This document shows, piece by piece, positions 28,833-38,768 of a stretch of DNA of 64,000 bases (within the stretch, counting starts at the first letter, position 1; each line of letters begins with the position of its first letter). Below the pieces are notes generated by a model, which worked only from the letters and a program-made list of their open reading frames with translations, was not told the DNA's origin and searched no databases. A program made the position numbers and the translations under genes. The stretch comes from Candidatus Poribacteria bacterium (GTDB lineage Bacteria > Poribacteria > WGA-4E > WGA-3G): assembly GCA_965215265.1 (NCBI GenBank), contig OZ244048.1, forward strand, positions 4,608,001 through 4,672,000. The letters run 5' to 3'.

Positions 28833-28891
28833 GCGTGCGGATGAGTTTGTCTCAACCTAACCTCAATAGGGGACGCTCCTCTCCGGAGCGC

Positions 28892-28990
28892 ACAGTGCTA
28901 AGCAACTTCTCTTTTGATGCCAATGGCGACGCGATTTACGACCCGGTTATCCTCAACGTTAAGCATCGCAAATTTCAGGTCTTCGAGTAG
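28892..28990 (+). pseudogene. Orphan 3' end of a LivJ-like ABC substrate-binding protein gene
   Basis: TVLSNFSFDANGDAIYDPVILNVKHRKFQVFE* with no matching 5' part. Confidence 0.6.
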
Positions 28991-29096
28991 GGTGCTTACG
29001 GGCTACCTCCGCCGTGCCTCCCCGCAGAAGTCTCCCTCAAGATTCGCAGCGACGATGTGCTAACGAAATAGCCCTATTCACAAACACTTCGCAAGT

Positions 29097-29125
29097 TTGA
29101 CACAGTTTCCAATTTATGCTAAAAT
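29097..29125 (+). promoter_or_regulatory. sigma70 promoter of the LamG gene
   Basis: TTGACA-N17-TAAAAT with TGn. Confidence 0.7.
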
Positions 29126-29153
29126 TGTTAATAAACTTAAGGAGGAGTATCAA

Positions 29154-29963
29154 ATGCACGGAAATCTAAAAGGTACCGGTTATAAATTCACATGGCTTAT
29201 CTTAGTCCTTTCAGCCGTGTGTCTGTTCGCTGTCAGTTTGACTCACGCAGTTGAAGAAGAGGACATCCTTGTTTACTACTCGTTTGACAAACTCAATGGG
29301 AAGGTCTTTCCAGATGACTCTGGTAATGGGAACGATGCCGAGCTCGTTGGCAAGGGTTCTCTGGTTGATGGACAATTCAAAAAAGCGGTTCATCTAAGCG
29401 GTGGCGGCATTGTCCAAATGAGCCCCGCCAATGATTTTATTGTACCGATTGGCGAGAACGGCGAGATTACGATGGAGGCCTGGTTTTACCTGAATGAACA
29501 CGCCTCGTACGATGGGATTATCTCTATTGAGGCTGCTGCCGGCGGGTGTTGCGAATTCCGGACTATGGTAGACCCCGATTTTAACCCGTTTTGGGATGCT
29601 GGACACCATGCTGATAAACAGTTGGCAAATTTCCAATTTGAATTGGACGAATGGTACCACTACGTACTGGTTGCAGATGGCAAGGACGGCAAAATCTACG
29701 TCAACGGCGAGTTTATCGGGGAGCAGCCTGAGAATTTTAAGTGGCCGGAGTTCAAAGAGGCGGCGATTTACATCGGGGCCGGGGAAAACCCGACGCTCCA
29801 TAAGGTGGAGGACGCAATTATTGATGAGGTGGTTATCTACGCAAAAGCTTTGACCTTGGCGGAGATTCGCGAATCTATGGAATTGAGCATCCCAGGCGTG
29901 CTGGCTGTGGATGCACGCGATAAGTTGACAACCACTTGGGGAGACCTGAAAGACAGTTTTTAA
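29154..29963 (+). CDS. Secreted LamG-like jellyroll protein with Poribacteria-type C-terminal motif
   Basis: AAGGAGG RBS, signal peptide, YYSFD...D.SGNGND, IYVNG, IDEV.IY.KAL, ending AVDARDKLTTTWGDLK. Confidence 0.92.
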   Translation: MHGNLKGTGYKFTWLILVLSAVCLFAVSLTHAVEEEDILVYYSFDKLNGKVFPDDSGNGNDAELVGKGSLVDGQFKKAVHLSGGGIVQMSPANDFIVPIGENGEITMEAWFYLNEHASYDGIISIEAAAGGCCEFRTMVDPDFNPFWDAGHHADKQLANFQFELDEWYHYVLVADGKDGKIYVNGEFIGEQPENFKWPEFKEAAIYIGAGENPTLHKVEDAIIDEVVIYAKALTLAEIRESMELSIPGVLAVDARDKLTTTWGDLKDSF

Positions 29964-29976
29964 TTTCAATCGACGG

Positions 29977-30006
29977 ACGAGACGGGACTGCTACCGTCTC
30001 GTTTCC
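29977..30006 (+). terminator. Hairpin after the LamG gene
   Basis: ACGAGACGG-loop-CCGTCTCGT with a short T tail. Confidence 0.55.
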
Positions 30007-30037
30007 AATAAAATTTGAGCACAAATAAGGATCGGAT

Positions 30038-30433
30038 ATGAAACTCGGTTTTTTATCAAAAATTTTTGAAGGTGCCTTGAGCATCGAAAAAACCTACAAC
30101 GAATGCGACAAAGCACTCAGCGAATTGAGGGTATACAATCAGAACCGTCAGAAGGGACAGCTTCCGACAGAGAAAAAGGAGGCGTTGGATGCCGTTGTCA
30201 ACACTGCACTTGAGAACGCAAACCGCATTCTCAGCAAGGAGGGCGAGCGGAATTGGCCGGGCGTGTTCCGGGAAATGCACAAAAATTTAGCCGACATCTA
30301 TTTGGAACTAGATCAGTACGACAAGGTTCGCGAGGCTTGTGAACGGTTGCAAGACTATGGTACGACTGGCAAACAGGATGCGGATGCTGTGATGCAGAAT
30401 CTCAAGGAGAAAGAGGGAAACGCCTCTGAATAA
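30038..30433 (+). CDS. Hypothetical helical (TPR-like) protein
   Basis: 131-aa ORF; LADIYLELDQYDK TPR-like segment. Confidence 0.75.
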   Translation: MKLGFLSKIFEGALSIEKTYNECDKALSELRVYNQNRQKGQLPTEKKEALDAVVNTALENANRILSKEGERNWPGVFREMHKNLADIYLELDQYDKVREACERLQDYGTTGKQDADAVMQNLKEKEGNASE

Positions 30434-30579
30434 ACTCGTACGCCTATTGTAGCGGAAACTGTTTGGAATCGTGCTGTTCTTGAAAGCTGCATTCAAAGCC
30501 TCTGGTGAGATTTTTTACGCCTGCAATCGTGCCTGAAATCTTCCGCTGCTTAGTCCTTCCCATACACGAAGAGTGAAAA

Positions 30580-32532
30580 ATGCAGTTTCTCAATCCTTCC
30601 GGGTTTTATCTCCTCTTTACGATTCCGCTTGTAGTAGCACTACACTTTCTGAAGTTGCGTCGGCAAACCTACCTAGTGCCCAGTCTCATGCTGTGGCGCT
30701 CTGCTGCTGAAGATCGAAAGGCCAACGTTCCGTTTCAGCGCCTCCGGAACTACCTGCCTCTGTTGTTACAAGTCCTATTTCTGATACTGCTCACGTTAAG
30801 TGTTGCGCGCCCTGTGCTTTATCGTCCTGGATTCATGCAGGGGAAAGCGATTCTAATTATTGACAATTCCGCCAGTATGCAGTCCACGGAGATGGGGAAA
30901 ACCCGCCTAGAATTGGCCAAGGAGGAGGCGCTCCGGCTCATCCGAGATGTTTCAGCAAGCGGCGGCATGATGGTATTGGTAACACAGGCTGCCGAAAACT
31001 ATATTCAACAAGCCTTCACAACCGATGCCGAAAAATTGCACCAAGCCGTAAAAAACATAGCCCCTACCGATGCAGTCAGCAGTTTGGGACCTGCGTTTGA
31101 TGCTGTAGCACACTACGCCGATTCAACGCAAGACCGCGTCTTCTTCATCAGTGATAGTTTCCACAATCTTCCGGAGATCGCTCTACCGCTCCATAAGATT
31201 GGTGTCGGCAGCGAAGCAGAGAATGTAGGCATCGTGCAGTTCCGTTTGGAATTGGAAGCGCAAGAGTATTTGGTGCTAATCAGCATTCACAATTGGACCG
31301 ATACCCTCATAGAACTTAACGTAGCCTTAAAAGTAGAAGGGAATCTGCTTGATGAAAAACCGGAACCAGTTCCTGTGCCTGCGGGCAAAACCCAGCCTGT
31401 TCTGTTTTCTGGGGATGCTACCGGCTTAGAAGGTTTGGTTATCAGTGCGCACCTTGAGGTAGTAGATGACTTTCTGCTTGATAATACCGCCTCAGCACTC
31501 CTGCTTACACAACCTCCGTTTCAGATTGAGTTAGTCAGCAATCGGGAACATCCGTTATTGATACCGCTTTTGAGAACGTACGGCAGCCATGTGAAGCTGC
31601 GTCGAGTCTTTACCGGGGCCTATCACGGAAGCGGTGAAACAGATGTCACTATTTTTGACCAGTTTGCTCCAGATACTGTTCCGATGGGAGCTGTCATCTT
31701 TCTCAATCCAACTGTTGTAGAAGACGGTTACCTGCTTGCGCCTAACGTTAACGTTGTTGAAACGGAGACACGCCGCACACCTACTAAACCAGATGGGCAC
31801 GGGGGAACAACGCAATTACAGACAACTGCCAGAAAATCTGTTCAGGTTATTGAGCAGGATAAAACGCATCCGGTTATGAGAGGGATATCGCTGATAGGGG
31901 TGCCGCTAAGCCGAGCAGAGGCTCGCGAATTACCGAACTGGGCTCGTTCTCTAGTTGAAACTGAGAAGGGTTCACTGATATGGCTCGGTAACGATGTCGG
32001 TAACCGACAGCTCATCGTTTTTGAGTTTGATGCGTTCAATCCAGAGATTTCTCGGTTCGCACTCACCATTCCGACGGTGCCACAGTTTATTTATCAGTGT
32101 CTGACGTGGCTTGAGGCCGGCTCAGCCCCTATCCAGCCGCTAGTATATCGGGAGGATGCAACACCGCACGCCTTTCACACCGGTGAAAGTGTGAGAATCG
32201 CTTTTTCATCTGGAGAGACATCGGATATACGGGTGCTGAAGCCGGATGGGGTAACCGTTGAACTGACTGGTTCAGTCTTTACGCAAACCGATCTGATCGG
32301 CACCTACTCCGTTTTTGCGGGAGATGCGCTGGTTGAACGTTTCACGGTAAACCTGCTAAATCCGGCGGAGTCCGCGCTTTCGTCGCCCTCAACGGTGCCG
32401 GTCGAACTGGAGGAGACAGCTGGGAGAACCCCGCTTCAACCTATCCAACAAGAGGTTTGGCGTTGGCTCCTCCTCATCGCATTTCTCCTCTTGCTGCTGG
32501 AGTGGTGGTGCTATCACCGAAGCGCGAGTTGA
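30580..32532 (+). CDS. BatA/VWA domain membrane-anchored protein
   Basis: N-terminal BatA segment (F.NP...HFLK...PSL.LW...ARP), DNSASM MIDAS motif, C-terminal LLLEW. Confidence 0.9.
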   Translation: MQFLNPSGFYLLFTIPLVVALHFLKLRRQTYLVPSLMLWRSAAEDRKANVPFQRLRNYLPLLLQVLFLILLTLSVARPVLYRPGFMQGKAILIIDNSASMQSTEMGKTRLELAKEEALRLIRDVSASGGMMVLVTQAAENYIQQAFTTDAEKLHQAVKNIAPTDAVSSLGPAFDAVAHYADSTQDRVFFISDSFHNLPEIALPLHKIGVGSEAENVGIVQFRLELEAQEYLVLISIHNWTDTLIELNVALKVEGNLLDEKPEPVPVPAGKTQPVLFSGDATGLEGLVISAHLEVVDDFLLDNTASALLLTQPPFQIELVSNREHPLLIPLLRTYGSHVKLRRVFTGAYHGSGETDVTIFDQFAPDTVPMGAVIFLNPTVVEDGYLLAPNVNVVETETRRTPTKPDGHGGTTQLQTTARKSVQVIEQDKTHPVMRGISLIGVPLSRAEARELPNWARSLVETEKGSLIWLGNDVGNRQLIVFEFDAFNPEISRFALTIPTVPQFIYQCLTWLEAGSAPIQPLVYREDATPHAFHTGESVRIAFSSGETSDIRVLKPDGVTVELTGSVFTQTDLIGTYSVFAGDALVERFTVNLLNPAESALSSPSTVPVELEETAGRTPLQPIQQEVWRWLLLIAFLLLLLEWWCYHRSAS

Positions 32533-32539
32533 GGCATGC

Positions 32540-33589
32540 CTAAAGCCCGTCTGTTTGTGTCTTGTGCCACTCTTGCACAGCGTCCGGAATTGCCTGAAGG
32601 TTTTCAATTGTGGTTTGAAGTGGAATCGCGCACTCCGGACCGATGAGCGGTACCCCTGCCTCGAGGTTCTTGATCACCTCGGCTTTAACGGCTTCGGGCT
32701 GCTTAGCGAACAACGTTTCCGGGTTGTTGATATTGCCGATAAGTGCAATCCGTTCCTGCACAATCTCCATGGATTCCAGCGGGTCATTTTTTGAATCGTA
32801 GTGGAAGGCGGCCATGCCGGTTTGGGCGATGTACTCCATCCGGTCTACAGTGCGCCCACAGATATGTAGGATGAGTGGAATGGGGATGCGCTCTACAAAT
32901 TCAATGTGTAAATCTCTAAGGTAGCGCTGGTAGTACTCGCCGCTGACAAGGTCGCCTGTAGCGTGGTCAGGGAGGGTTAGCGCGTCTGCGCCTGCCTCAA
33001 TTTGGGCGATGCCGAATTGGACAGTGGCTTCCTTCATCCGGTCGAGGGCAAGTTTGGTTTTGCCCGGATCGTCGAGAGACATGAGCAGGAAGGGTTCTAC
33101 CCCGAAGCCGTGGTATCCAAGCGACCAGGGTCCCATCGTCTTTCCGATGACAGCGACTTCATCCCCATATTCTTTTTTGAGTATTTTAATAGCGTCCAGC
33201 ACGCATTGCGTGTCTGGATGCATCAAAAAATCGTCTGGAATAGAGATGTCGTCCACATCTTCCCAGATCGGTTCTCGCATTCTGACGGTGGGCCAGTTAT
33301 CTTTCTGTTCCCACTGTATGTTGCAGCCGAGTGCGCTGGATTCTTGTATAATCGTAAAGACTGGCATAATCGAGTCGAATCCAAGCTCTGTGTACCCTGT
33401 GGCTGCGAGGCGTGCCATCAATTCCGGTTCTCTATTCGCTTGCGGGAAGGGTGCGTCGACCAAATCCATCAACTCAACAGTAGCTACAGAGGTCGGGTTG
33501 CAGACAGGCGTGCGGTCTGTTGGTAGGTTTTGAAGTGCAGCCAGCACGCGTTCTCGGGCTGTCATCGGGTTCACGCTCTGTTTTTGCAT
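32540..33589 (-). CDS. MtaA/CmuA-family (UroD-fold) methyltransferase
   Basis: MTARERVLAAL...DR.PV; Zn ligands LHICG and GPEC; GNINN. Confidence 0.85.
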   Translation of the reverse strand: MQKQSVNPMTARERVLAALQNLPTDRTPVCNPTSVATVELMDLVDAPFPQANREPELMARLAATGYTELGFDSIMPVFTIIQESSALGCNIQWEQKDNWPTVRMREPIWEDVDDISIPDDFLMHPDTQCVLDAIKILKKEYGDEVAVIGKTMGPWSLGYHGFGVEPFLLMSLDDPGKTKLALDRMKEATVQFGIAQIEAGADALTLPDHATGDLVSGEYYQRYLRDLHIEFVERIPIPLILHICGRTVDRMEYIAQTGMAAFHYDSKNDPLESMEIVQERIALIGNINNPETLFAKQPEAVKAEVIKNLEAGVPLIGPECAIPLQTTIENLQAIPDAVQEWHKTQTDGL

Positions 33590-33646
33590 GTGGGTTACCT
33601 CTTTTTGTAGATAGTCAGGTTAACGTTAGTGGCTTTAGAATAGTTT

Positions 33647-34282
33647 CTACATCTGTTGACTCGGGGCAGAGAGGATGCCTCGTTTTGCCTCCAGCTCCTC
33701 TTCACGTATTACGACACGGACATTAGGTGCTCGAACTAATAGGAGACCAAGGAGTGCATCGTGTGAATGTCCACACGGGAACATTACAGTGTCGTTAGAT
33801 TCCTCAGCATATTCCATTTCTCCGAGTTTGACCAGGCCACCTGCGATTGCTGAAATTCTGCGTTTGGCTTTGGGCGCGTCGGACTCTGCGGAAACGCGGT
33901 AGGTGCCATTTCCAACGGAATGCACGGTGAGGTTTATCCGAGACTTTTTATCGAATATATTTAACGGACGTGCTTCTATGGTGGTCTTAGGTGGGTATTT
34001 GCATGCCTCCAAAAAGGCTCTTCGGCAGGCCGCTTCGTGTCCGGCACCACAAGCAAAATAGAGGAGACCATCAGGCATTTGTTGCATGCCGCCTAACGTC
34101 TTCATCGCACGGGCAACCTCTTGGAGTCGGCTGTCGGCTCCCTGCAGCCTGCTGTACGTATGGACTAAAAAAACAGGTCTCTTATCGCGTTGCTGGCGAT
34201 AGAGCGCAATCGTGATTTCATGAAAATGCACATCCATCGAAACGAGCTCAATTCGGCTGCCGATGTCAACCACGTGTCGCAT
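33647..34282 (-). CDS. Hypothetical protein
   Basis: ORF from MRHVVDIG, co-oriented with its neighbours; two F.CG..H motifs. Confidence 0.7.
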   Translation of the reverse strand: MRHVVDIGSRIELVSMDVHFHEITIALYRQQRDKRPVFLVHTYSRLQGADSRLQEVARAMKTLGGMQQMPDGLLYFACGAGHEAACRRAFLEACKYPPKTTIEARPLNIFDKKSRINLTVHSVGNGTYRVSAESDAPKAKRRISAIAGGLVKLGEMEYAEESNDTVMFPCGHSHDALLGLLLVRAPNVRVVIREEELEAKRGILSAPSQQM

Positions 34283-34392
34283 GATAATTCGCTTCCGGTT
34301 CTGTTGCTCACTTCTAAAAGTAAGTGACGAAAAGGGCTTTAACGAGGTAGCAGAGAAATTCTGACGGCTACAGCTACAGCCAAAAACATCCA

Positions 34393-35358
34393 CTAGCGGC
34401 GAGCGCGTCTACCACCGTAGTTGTTCTCATAGATATACCAGTAGGCACGTTCTGAAAGCCTGCGTAGAATATTCGCCCGGCGCGTCACCCACGCGCCAAA
34501 AGAGATTCTCCGATTTCTCGTCCTCGTTTTGGTTGTATCCTCAATCATACCCGTGAAGATGTAGGGCCGCGAATTGCCGCGGGGATCCCGGAGGATTAGC
34601 ACGCCGCTGTCCCCTACCAATCCATAGACAGTTCCAGTTTTGTTGTAGACACGCACGGAGGCCGGGATATTCGTCCTTTTGTAGATGTAATCTCCATTCT
34701 TCAAACCGAGGTAGTATTTCATTTTATCAGAATGAGGAAGACTTCCCCCCCATAACTGCACATAAAACTTGTTTAGATCTCGTGCACATGTCCGGTTACG
34801 ATACGTGCGGCCATTCGTTGGAATATACTCCACAATCCGGGTCTGTTTAAAATAGCGATAGTTGGCTCTCAAGATTTGATTCACTCTACGCGGACCTCCA
34901 AGTAACCTAATAAAATGGTTCGTTGATGGATTTGAGCTCGACTGAATCATTTTTTTGAGGTGCTTCCGGTTTAAAGCGGTATGGGCTTTGCGGCCTTGCT
35001 TCACTTCATGAAAATAAGCGAGCATGACAAAATTTTTAATAAGTGAGGCAGCCATCATGGGGCGTTCTTCGTTAATAGAAACCAATTTTTGGCCCTTGGT
35101 GAGATCGTAGACGACAAAGCTCGTTCGCTCCGTTGATGCTAAAACGCGACGTTTTCGCTGCCCTTTGATATATACTTCAAAAGTGGCTTCCAAGGGTGAA
35201 TCAATAGTACTTTGGTAGCGTTTGGGGATATTTCGATAGTTTACCGCACTCACTGTAAACATTGGAAGTAAAAACCAGATGCTACAACAAATTAACAGTC
35301 TGCTTAATGAAAGCCTGCGGTTATCAGGCAAGATGAAAGGTTTTATGTCTTTTATCAT
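34393..35358 (-). CDS. Serine hydrolase, class A beta-lactamase/PBP-like
   Basis: Signal peptide; SLIK (SxxK), SSN (SxN) and KTG motifs. Confidence 0.85.
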   Translation of the reverse strand: MIKDIKPFILPDNRRLSLSRLLICCSIWFLLPMFTVSAVNYRNIPKRYQSTIDSPLEATFEVYIKGQRKRRVLASTERTSFVVYDLTKGQKLVSINEERPMMAASLIKNFVMLAYFHEVKQGRKAHTALNRKHLKKMIQSSSNPSTNHFIRLLGGPRRVNQILRANYRYFKQTRIVEYIPTNGRTYRNRTCARDLNKFYVQLWGGSLPHSDKMKYYLGLKNGDYIYKRTNIPASVRVYNKTGTVYGLVGDSGVLILRDPRGNSRPYIFTGMIEDTTKTRTRNRRISFGAWVTRRANILRRLSERAYWYIYENNYGGRRARR

Positions 35359-35423
35359 TCTATTCTTTTTTCCTTTCCTAACTTTCCTGTGTTTGATATT
35401 CGAGTACCAAAAACGACTCGTTG

Positions 35424-36944
35424 TTATTCATGCGTGCCTACAGTTGGTAATTGATAGCAGGCTGCTTCCTGATCATTTCGCACGAGAAGGTAGCTGCCTG
35501 CAAGCGCTGGAGTATTCCAGGTTCTTCCTGTCAGCACCTTGTGACGCGCCAATTCAATCAGTTCGGCCGGGCTCGGTTCTACCAACACCAATTCGCCCGA
35601 TTCGGTTAACACGAGTAGTACATCTCCAACTAATAGGACTTGCCCGTGTCCGTATCTACCCCGCTTCCATTGCCTCGAGCCGTCCGTAGGATTTACACAA
35701 GCGAAAATTCCGTCGTCAAGCCCATAGAGATAGCCTTGATGAGGGATGACAGTGGTAAATTTTGCTTTGAGATGTATTGTTTCCCATATAAGTGAAACGT
35801 TAAAGTCTCCGTCCGGGTTACGCCTGAGTTGGAACAATTTCCCCCCCACTCCGTAAGCGGTTGAGACAAACAGTTTGTCATCAGAAAGCGGTAACGGTTG
35901 TGAGACGCATTCGGCCCTGCTCGGCCAGGTTCGCTTCCAAAAAAGTTTCCCGGTCGTCGGTTCGTGGGATGTGATCAGTCCCTGATTGAATATGAGCAAT
36001 TGGCGTGTCCCTGCAAGTGTTGTCAAAAGTGGAGAACTGTAACCGGTGCCGGTTCTGTGCCCTTGCCAGATAATTTCGCCCCTGTCTTTATGATATGCTA
36101 CGGGGCCGCCGGCACTAACGATAACGAGCTCGCCGTATATGAGCGGGGAGATACTCACGCCCCAGGGGGGCGGCTGTGCGTCATTCTCTTTAAAGATATT
36201 GGTTGTCCAGAGTTGTTCACCCGTCTGGAAATTGAGACAGTTGAGGATACCGGTGGAACCGAGGGTGTAGACCTTGTTACCCGAGATCGTCGGTGTTGCG
36301 CGCGGCCCAAGCCCTGCTAAAGCAGAGTCGTATCTCGCTTCGTCGCGATGGCTCCACTTTACATCGCCCGTGCTTAGGTCATAACAGACGACCATTTCCC
36401 AGTCCCCGTCCTGTTCTTGTGTGATGGCTGAATTTCCGACAACAGCGAACGCTGACCAGCCAGCACCGATAGGCTGCCGCCATATTAGTTTTGGTGGATG
36501 CTTCTCCCAATCACGCTCTATCTCAAAGGTAGTGACAACGGCATTCCTATTTGGGCCAAGGAACTGTGGGTAATCCGTCGTCGAGGTTATACGTTGTTCT
36601 GTAGAAACTGATACAGGATTCGTGGTTTCATTTGTCCACCGCCACTCTACTATCGGCATCAGGTCTCCGCGTACGCCACGAATGCGAAAGAGGGCACCGC
36701 AAAGTACTAGCACGACGGCAATCATTAAAAGAGTGAAAAGACGTAAGTGCCAGGCTAAGCGAGATAGAAATAATAACCACAGCACCCCCAAAAACAGGGC
36801 GAGGATGAGGATGCTAATCGTCATAACCCCTTTTCCTTCACGATCTTCAGCATTTAATCCCCATAGAACTCCAATTCCAAGGATGGCAAGGAGCACAATG
36901 ATAAGCAGGGGCCACCAGCGGGTACGTTTGTTAATAGAGCTCAC
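35424..36944 (-). CDS. Membrane-anchored PQQ-binding-like beta-propeller protein
   Basis: Three N-terminal TM helices; YPQFLGPNRN, GPRATP, YSSP, TWNTPAL. Confidence 0.88.
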   Translation of the reverse strand: MSSINKRTRWWPLLIIVLLAILGIGVLWGLNAEDREGKGVMTISILILALFLGVLWLLFLSRLAWHLRLFTLLMIAVVLVLCGALFRIRGVRGDLMPIVEWRWTNETTNPVSVSTEQRITSTTDYPQFLGPNRNAVVTTFEIERDWEKHPPKLIWRQPIGAGWSAFAVVGNSAITQEQDGDWEMVVCYDLSTGDVKWSHRDEARYDSALAGLGPRATPTISGNKVYTLGSTGILNCLNFQTGEQLWTTNIFKENDAQPPPWGVSISPLIYGELVIVSAGGPVAYHKDRGEIIWQGHRTGTGYSSPLLTTLAGTRQLLIFNQGLITSHEPTTGKLFWKRTWPSRAECVSQPLPLSDDKLFVSTAYGVGGKLFQLRRNPDGDFNVSLIWETIHLKAKFTTVIPHQGYLYGLDDGIFACVNPTDGSRQWKRGRYGHGQVLLVGDVLLVLTESGELVLVEPSPAELIELARHKVLTGRTWNTPALAGSYLLVRNDQEAACYQLPTVGTHE

Positions 36945-37120
36945 AGTAAACTCCTTACGGACTAAGTTACGTTTCTATCTATAATAGTATTTTTTTTCAA
37001 ATTTTTCAACAAAAATTTGAAAAACTAAATGGCCCTAGCACAAAATCTATAAAGCCTTGTCAGTAAAAAACGTTTGTGGTAAGATGAGACTATATCCAGA
37101 GAAGAGGTCAGGAGACGAAA

Positions 37121-38173
37121 ATGGCAATAGGATTAGGCGTTATTGGAATGAACCCTACTAACATGGGTTCAACCGCAGCACTCCTGAAAGATGTACCAGA
37201 TCTGAATTATGAACTCCGGGGCATTTGTGCGAGAAGACCTGAGGTCCTGGAAAACTATGCGAACCGGCTTGGTGTCGGTTTTTGGACGACAGATTATCGC
37301 GAATTGGTTCGACACGAGGACATTCAAGTCATCGCCGTCTATTCACCGGATCATCTGCACGCGGCGCATTGCATTGCTGCAATTGAGGCAGGAAAACACG
37401 TGGTTTGTACCAAACCGATGGTGACAACCTTGGATGATGCCCGGCACCTCGTTGAGCTAGTACGCATGCATAAGGTGAAGTTTCTCGTCGGGCAGACAAT
37501 GCGGTTTGACTTGCAATTTTTGACGATGAAGAAGTTGTTTGATGACGGTGACTTAGGGGACATCACGTTGGCAGATGCCTACTATGTCCATGACATGCGC
37601 GAGGTTTACGAGTTCACACCCTGGCGATTGCAGGAACCACAAGATTTGATGTTCGGAGGCGTTGTGCACCCGGTTGATATCTTGCGCAGCTTCCTCGGCG
37701 ATGTGGAGGAGGTTCATGCTTACGGGATGAAAGGACCGCTGACCCCGGAGTACCCGATAATGAATAACTTTTTGCTCAATCTCAAGTTTAAGAGCGGGCA
37801 GATTGCCAGAGCGATGGGACTCTACGATATTGTCCACCCCCCGATGCCGATGATGCAGGTATCAATTTACGGGAGCAAAGGCACCATGATCGGGGACTTT
37901 ACAGATAATAAAGGCGGGCAAGTCAAACTGATGCTTGACAAGATGGTGGCGAGAGAACCTTTCGAGATGACGTATCCACCTGAGTTGGATACGAGTGTGT
38001 ATGGGCACGGGCAAACGGTAATCCGGTATATGCGCCATTTTCAGGAATGCCTCGAGGCAGATACAGAACCGGTGCCGAACGTCGTTGATGGCGCGAAGTC
38101 GATCGCTGTTGGTGTAGCGGCCTGGCAATCGATTGAGACGGGGCAGCCTGTGAAGGTGTACAACGAGTTTTAG
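37121..38173 (+). CDS. Gfo/Idh/MocA oxidoreductase
   Basis: N-terminal Rossmann fold, SPDHLH, AGKHVVCTKP, H.VD. Confidence 0.92.
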   Translation: MAIGLGVIGMNPTNMGSTAALLKDVPDLNYELRGICARRPEVLENYANRLGVGFWTTDYRELVRHEDIQVIAVYSPDHLHAAHCIAAIEAGKHVVCTKPMVTTLDDARHLVELVRMHKVKFLVGQTMRFDLQFLTMKKLFDDGDLGDITLADAYYVHDMREVYEFTPWRLQEPQDLMFGGVVHPVDILRSFLGDVEEVHAYGMKGPLTPEYPIMNNFLLNLKFKSGQIARAMGLYDIVHPPMPMMQVSIYGSKGTMIGDFTDNKGGQVKLMLDKMVAREPFEMTYPPELDTSVYGHGQTVIRYMRHFQECLEADTEPVPNVVDGAKSIAVGVAAWQSIETGQPVKVYNEF

Positions 38174-38559
38174 CAGAATCACGCAAAATATGAGAGCAGC
38201 TTGGCTTTTCATATTCTCTCTTTTATCGTAAAATCTAAATGGATGCGATGCCGGGAGTCAGCACTGTGATGACAATCTACACCCTTGCCGAGGCGGTTGC
38301 GGTGCAGAACTGACTAATCCTGAGGCCCATAGTTCGGAATGTCGGTACCATCATCCGATGGAAATTTTCTATAATTGCCAACCTCATAACCATGGGTCCA
38401 ATTGTGGGGCACCGTAGCAGACCTGGTTAATGCCGCATTTTGCAAAAAGGTCGGATTTCTACGACAGCACGCCGGCATCCTATGTCAAGAGAAATCTATT
38501 CCGGACTATTTACGATTCTTATCCTCACATTTGGATTATTTTTCAAAAACAAAATTTCC

Positions 38560-38648
38560 TTGACATTTAGGTTTATATAATGTATAATTTAGGTATGACT
38601 AAATTAATTTATTAAGGATGCCTAATCATTTCGAGACTGATTGCCTAA
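38560..38648 (+). promoter_or_regulatory. Consensus sigma70 promoter overlapped by tandem DtxR/MntR-type operators
   Basis: TTGACA(38560)-N17-TATAAT(38583); TTAGGTTTATATAA at 38567, TTAGGTATGACTAA at 38589, TTAAGGATGCCTAA at 38612. Confidence 0.85.
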
Positions 38649-38768
38649 CATTTATAGGTATGGGTGCGAAATAATGTAAGGAGTCGGTAAAGCCTCCGGC
38701 AAGATAGAAACGGAACTTTCATGACAATCCTTCCATATTGTTACTAGTGACAAAAATTGGAAAAGTTA

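Noticed and set aside
34393-35358. Calling the serine hydrolase an antibiotic-resistance beta-lactamase
   Set aside because: It lacks a clear class A ExxLN omega-loop motif; SxxK, SxN and KTG alone fit PBP-like hydrolases.
38230-38490. Protein-like short frames between the oxidoreductase and the mntR promoter
   Set aside because: No start signals or recognisable family.
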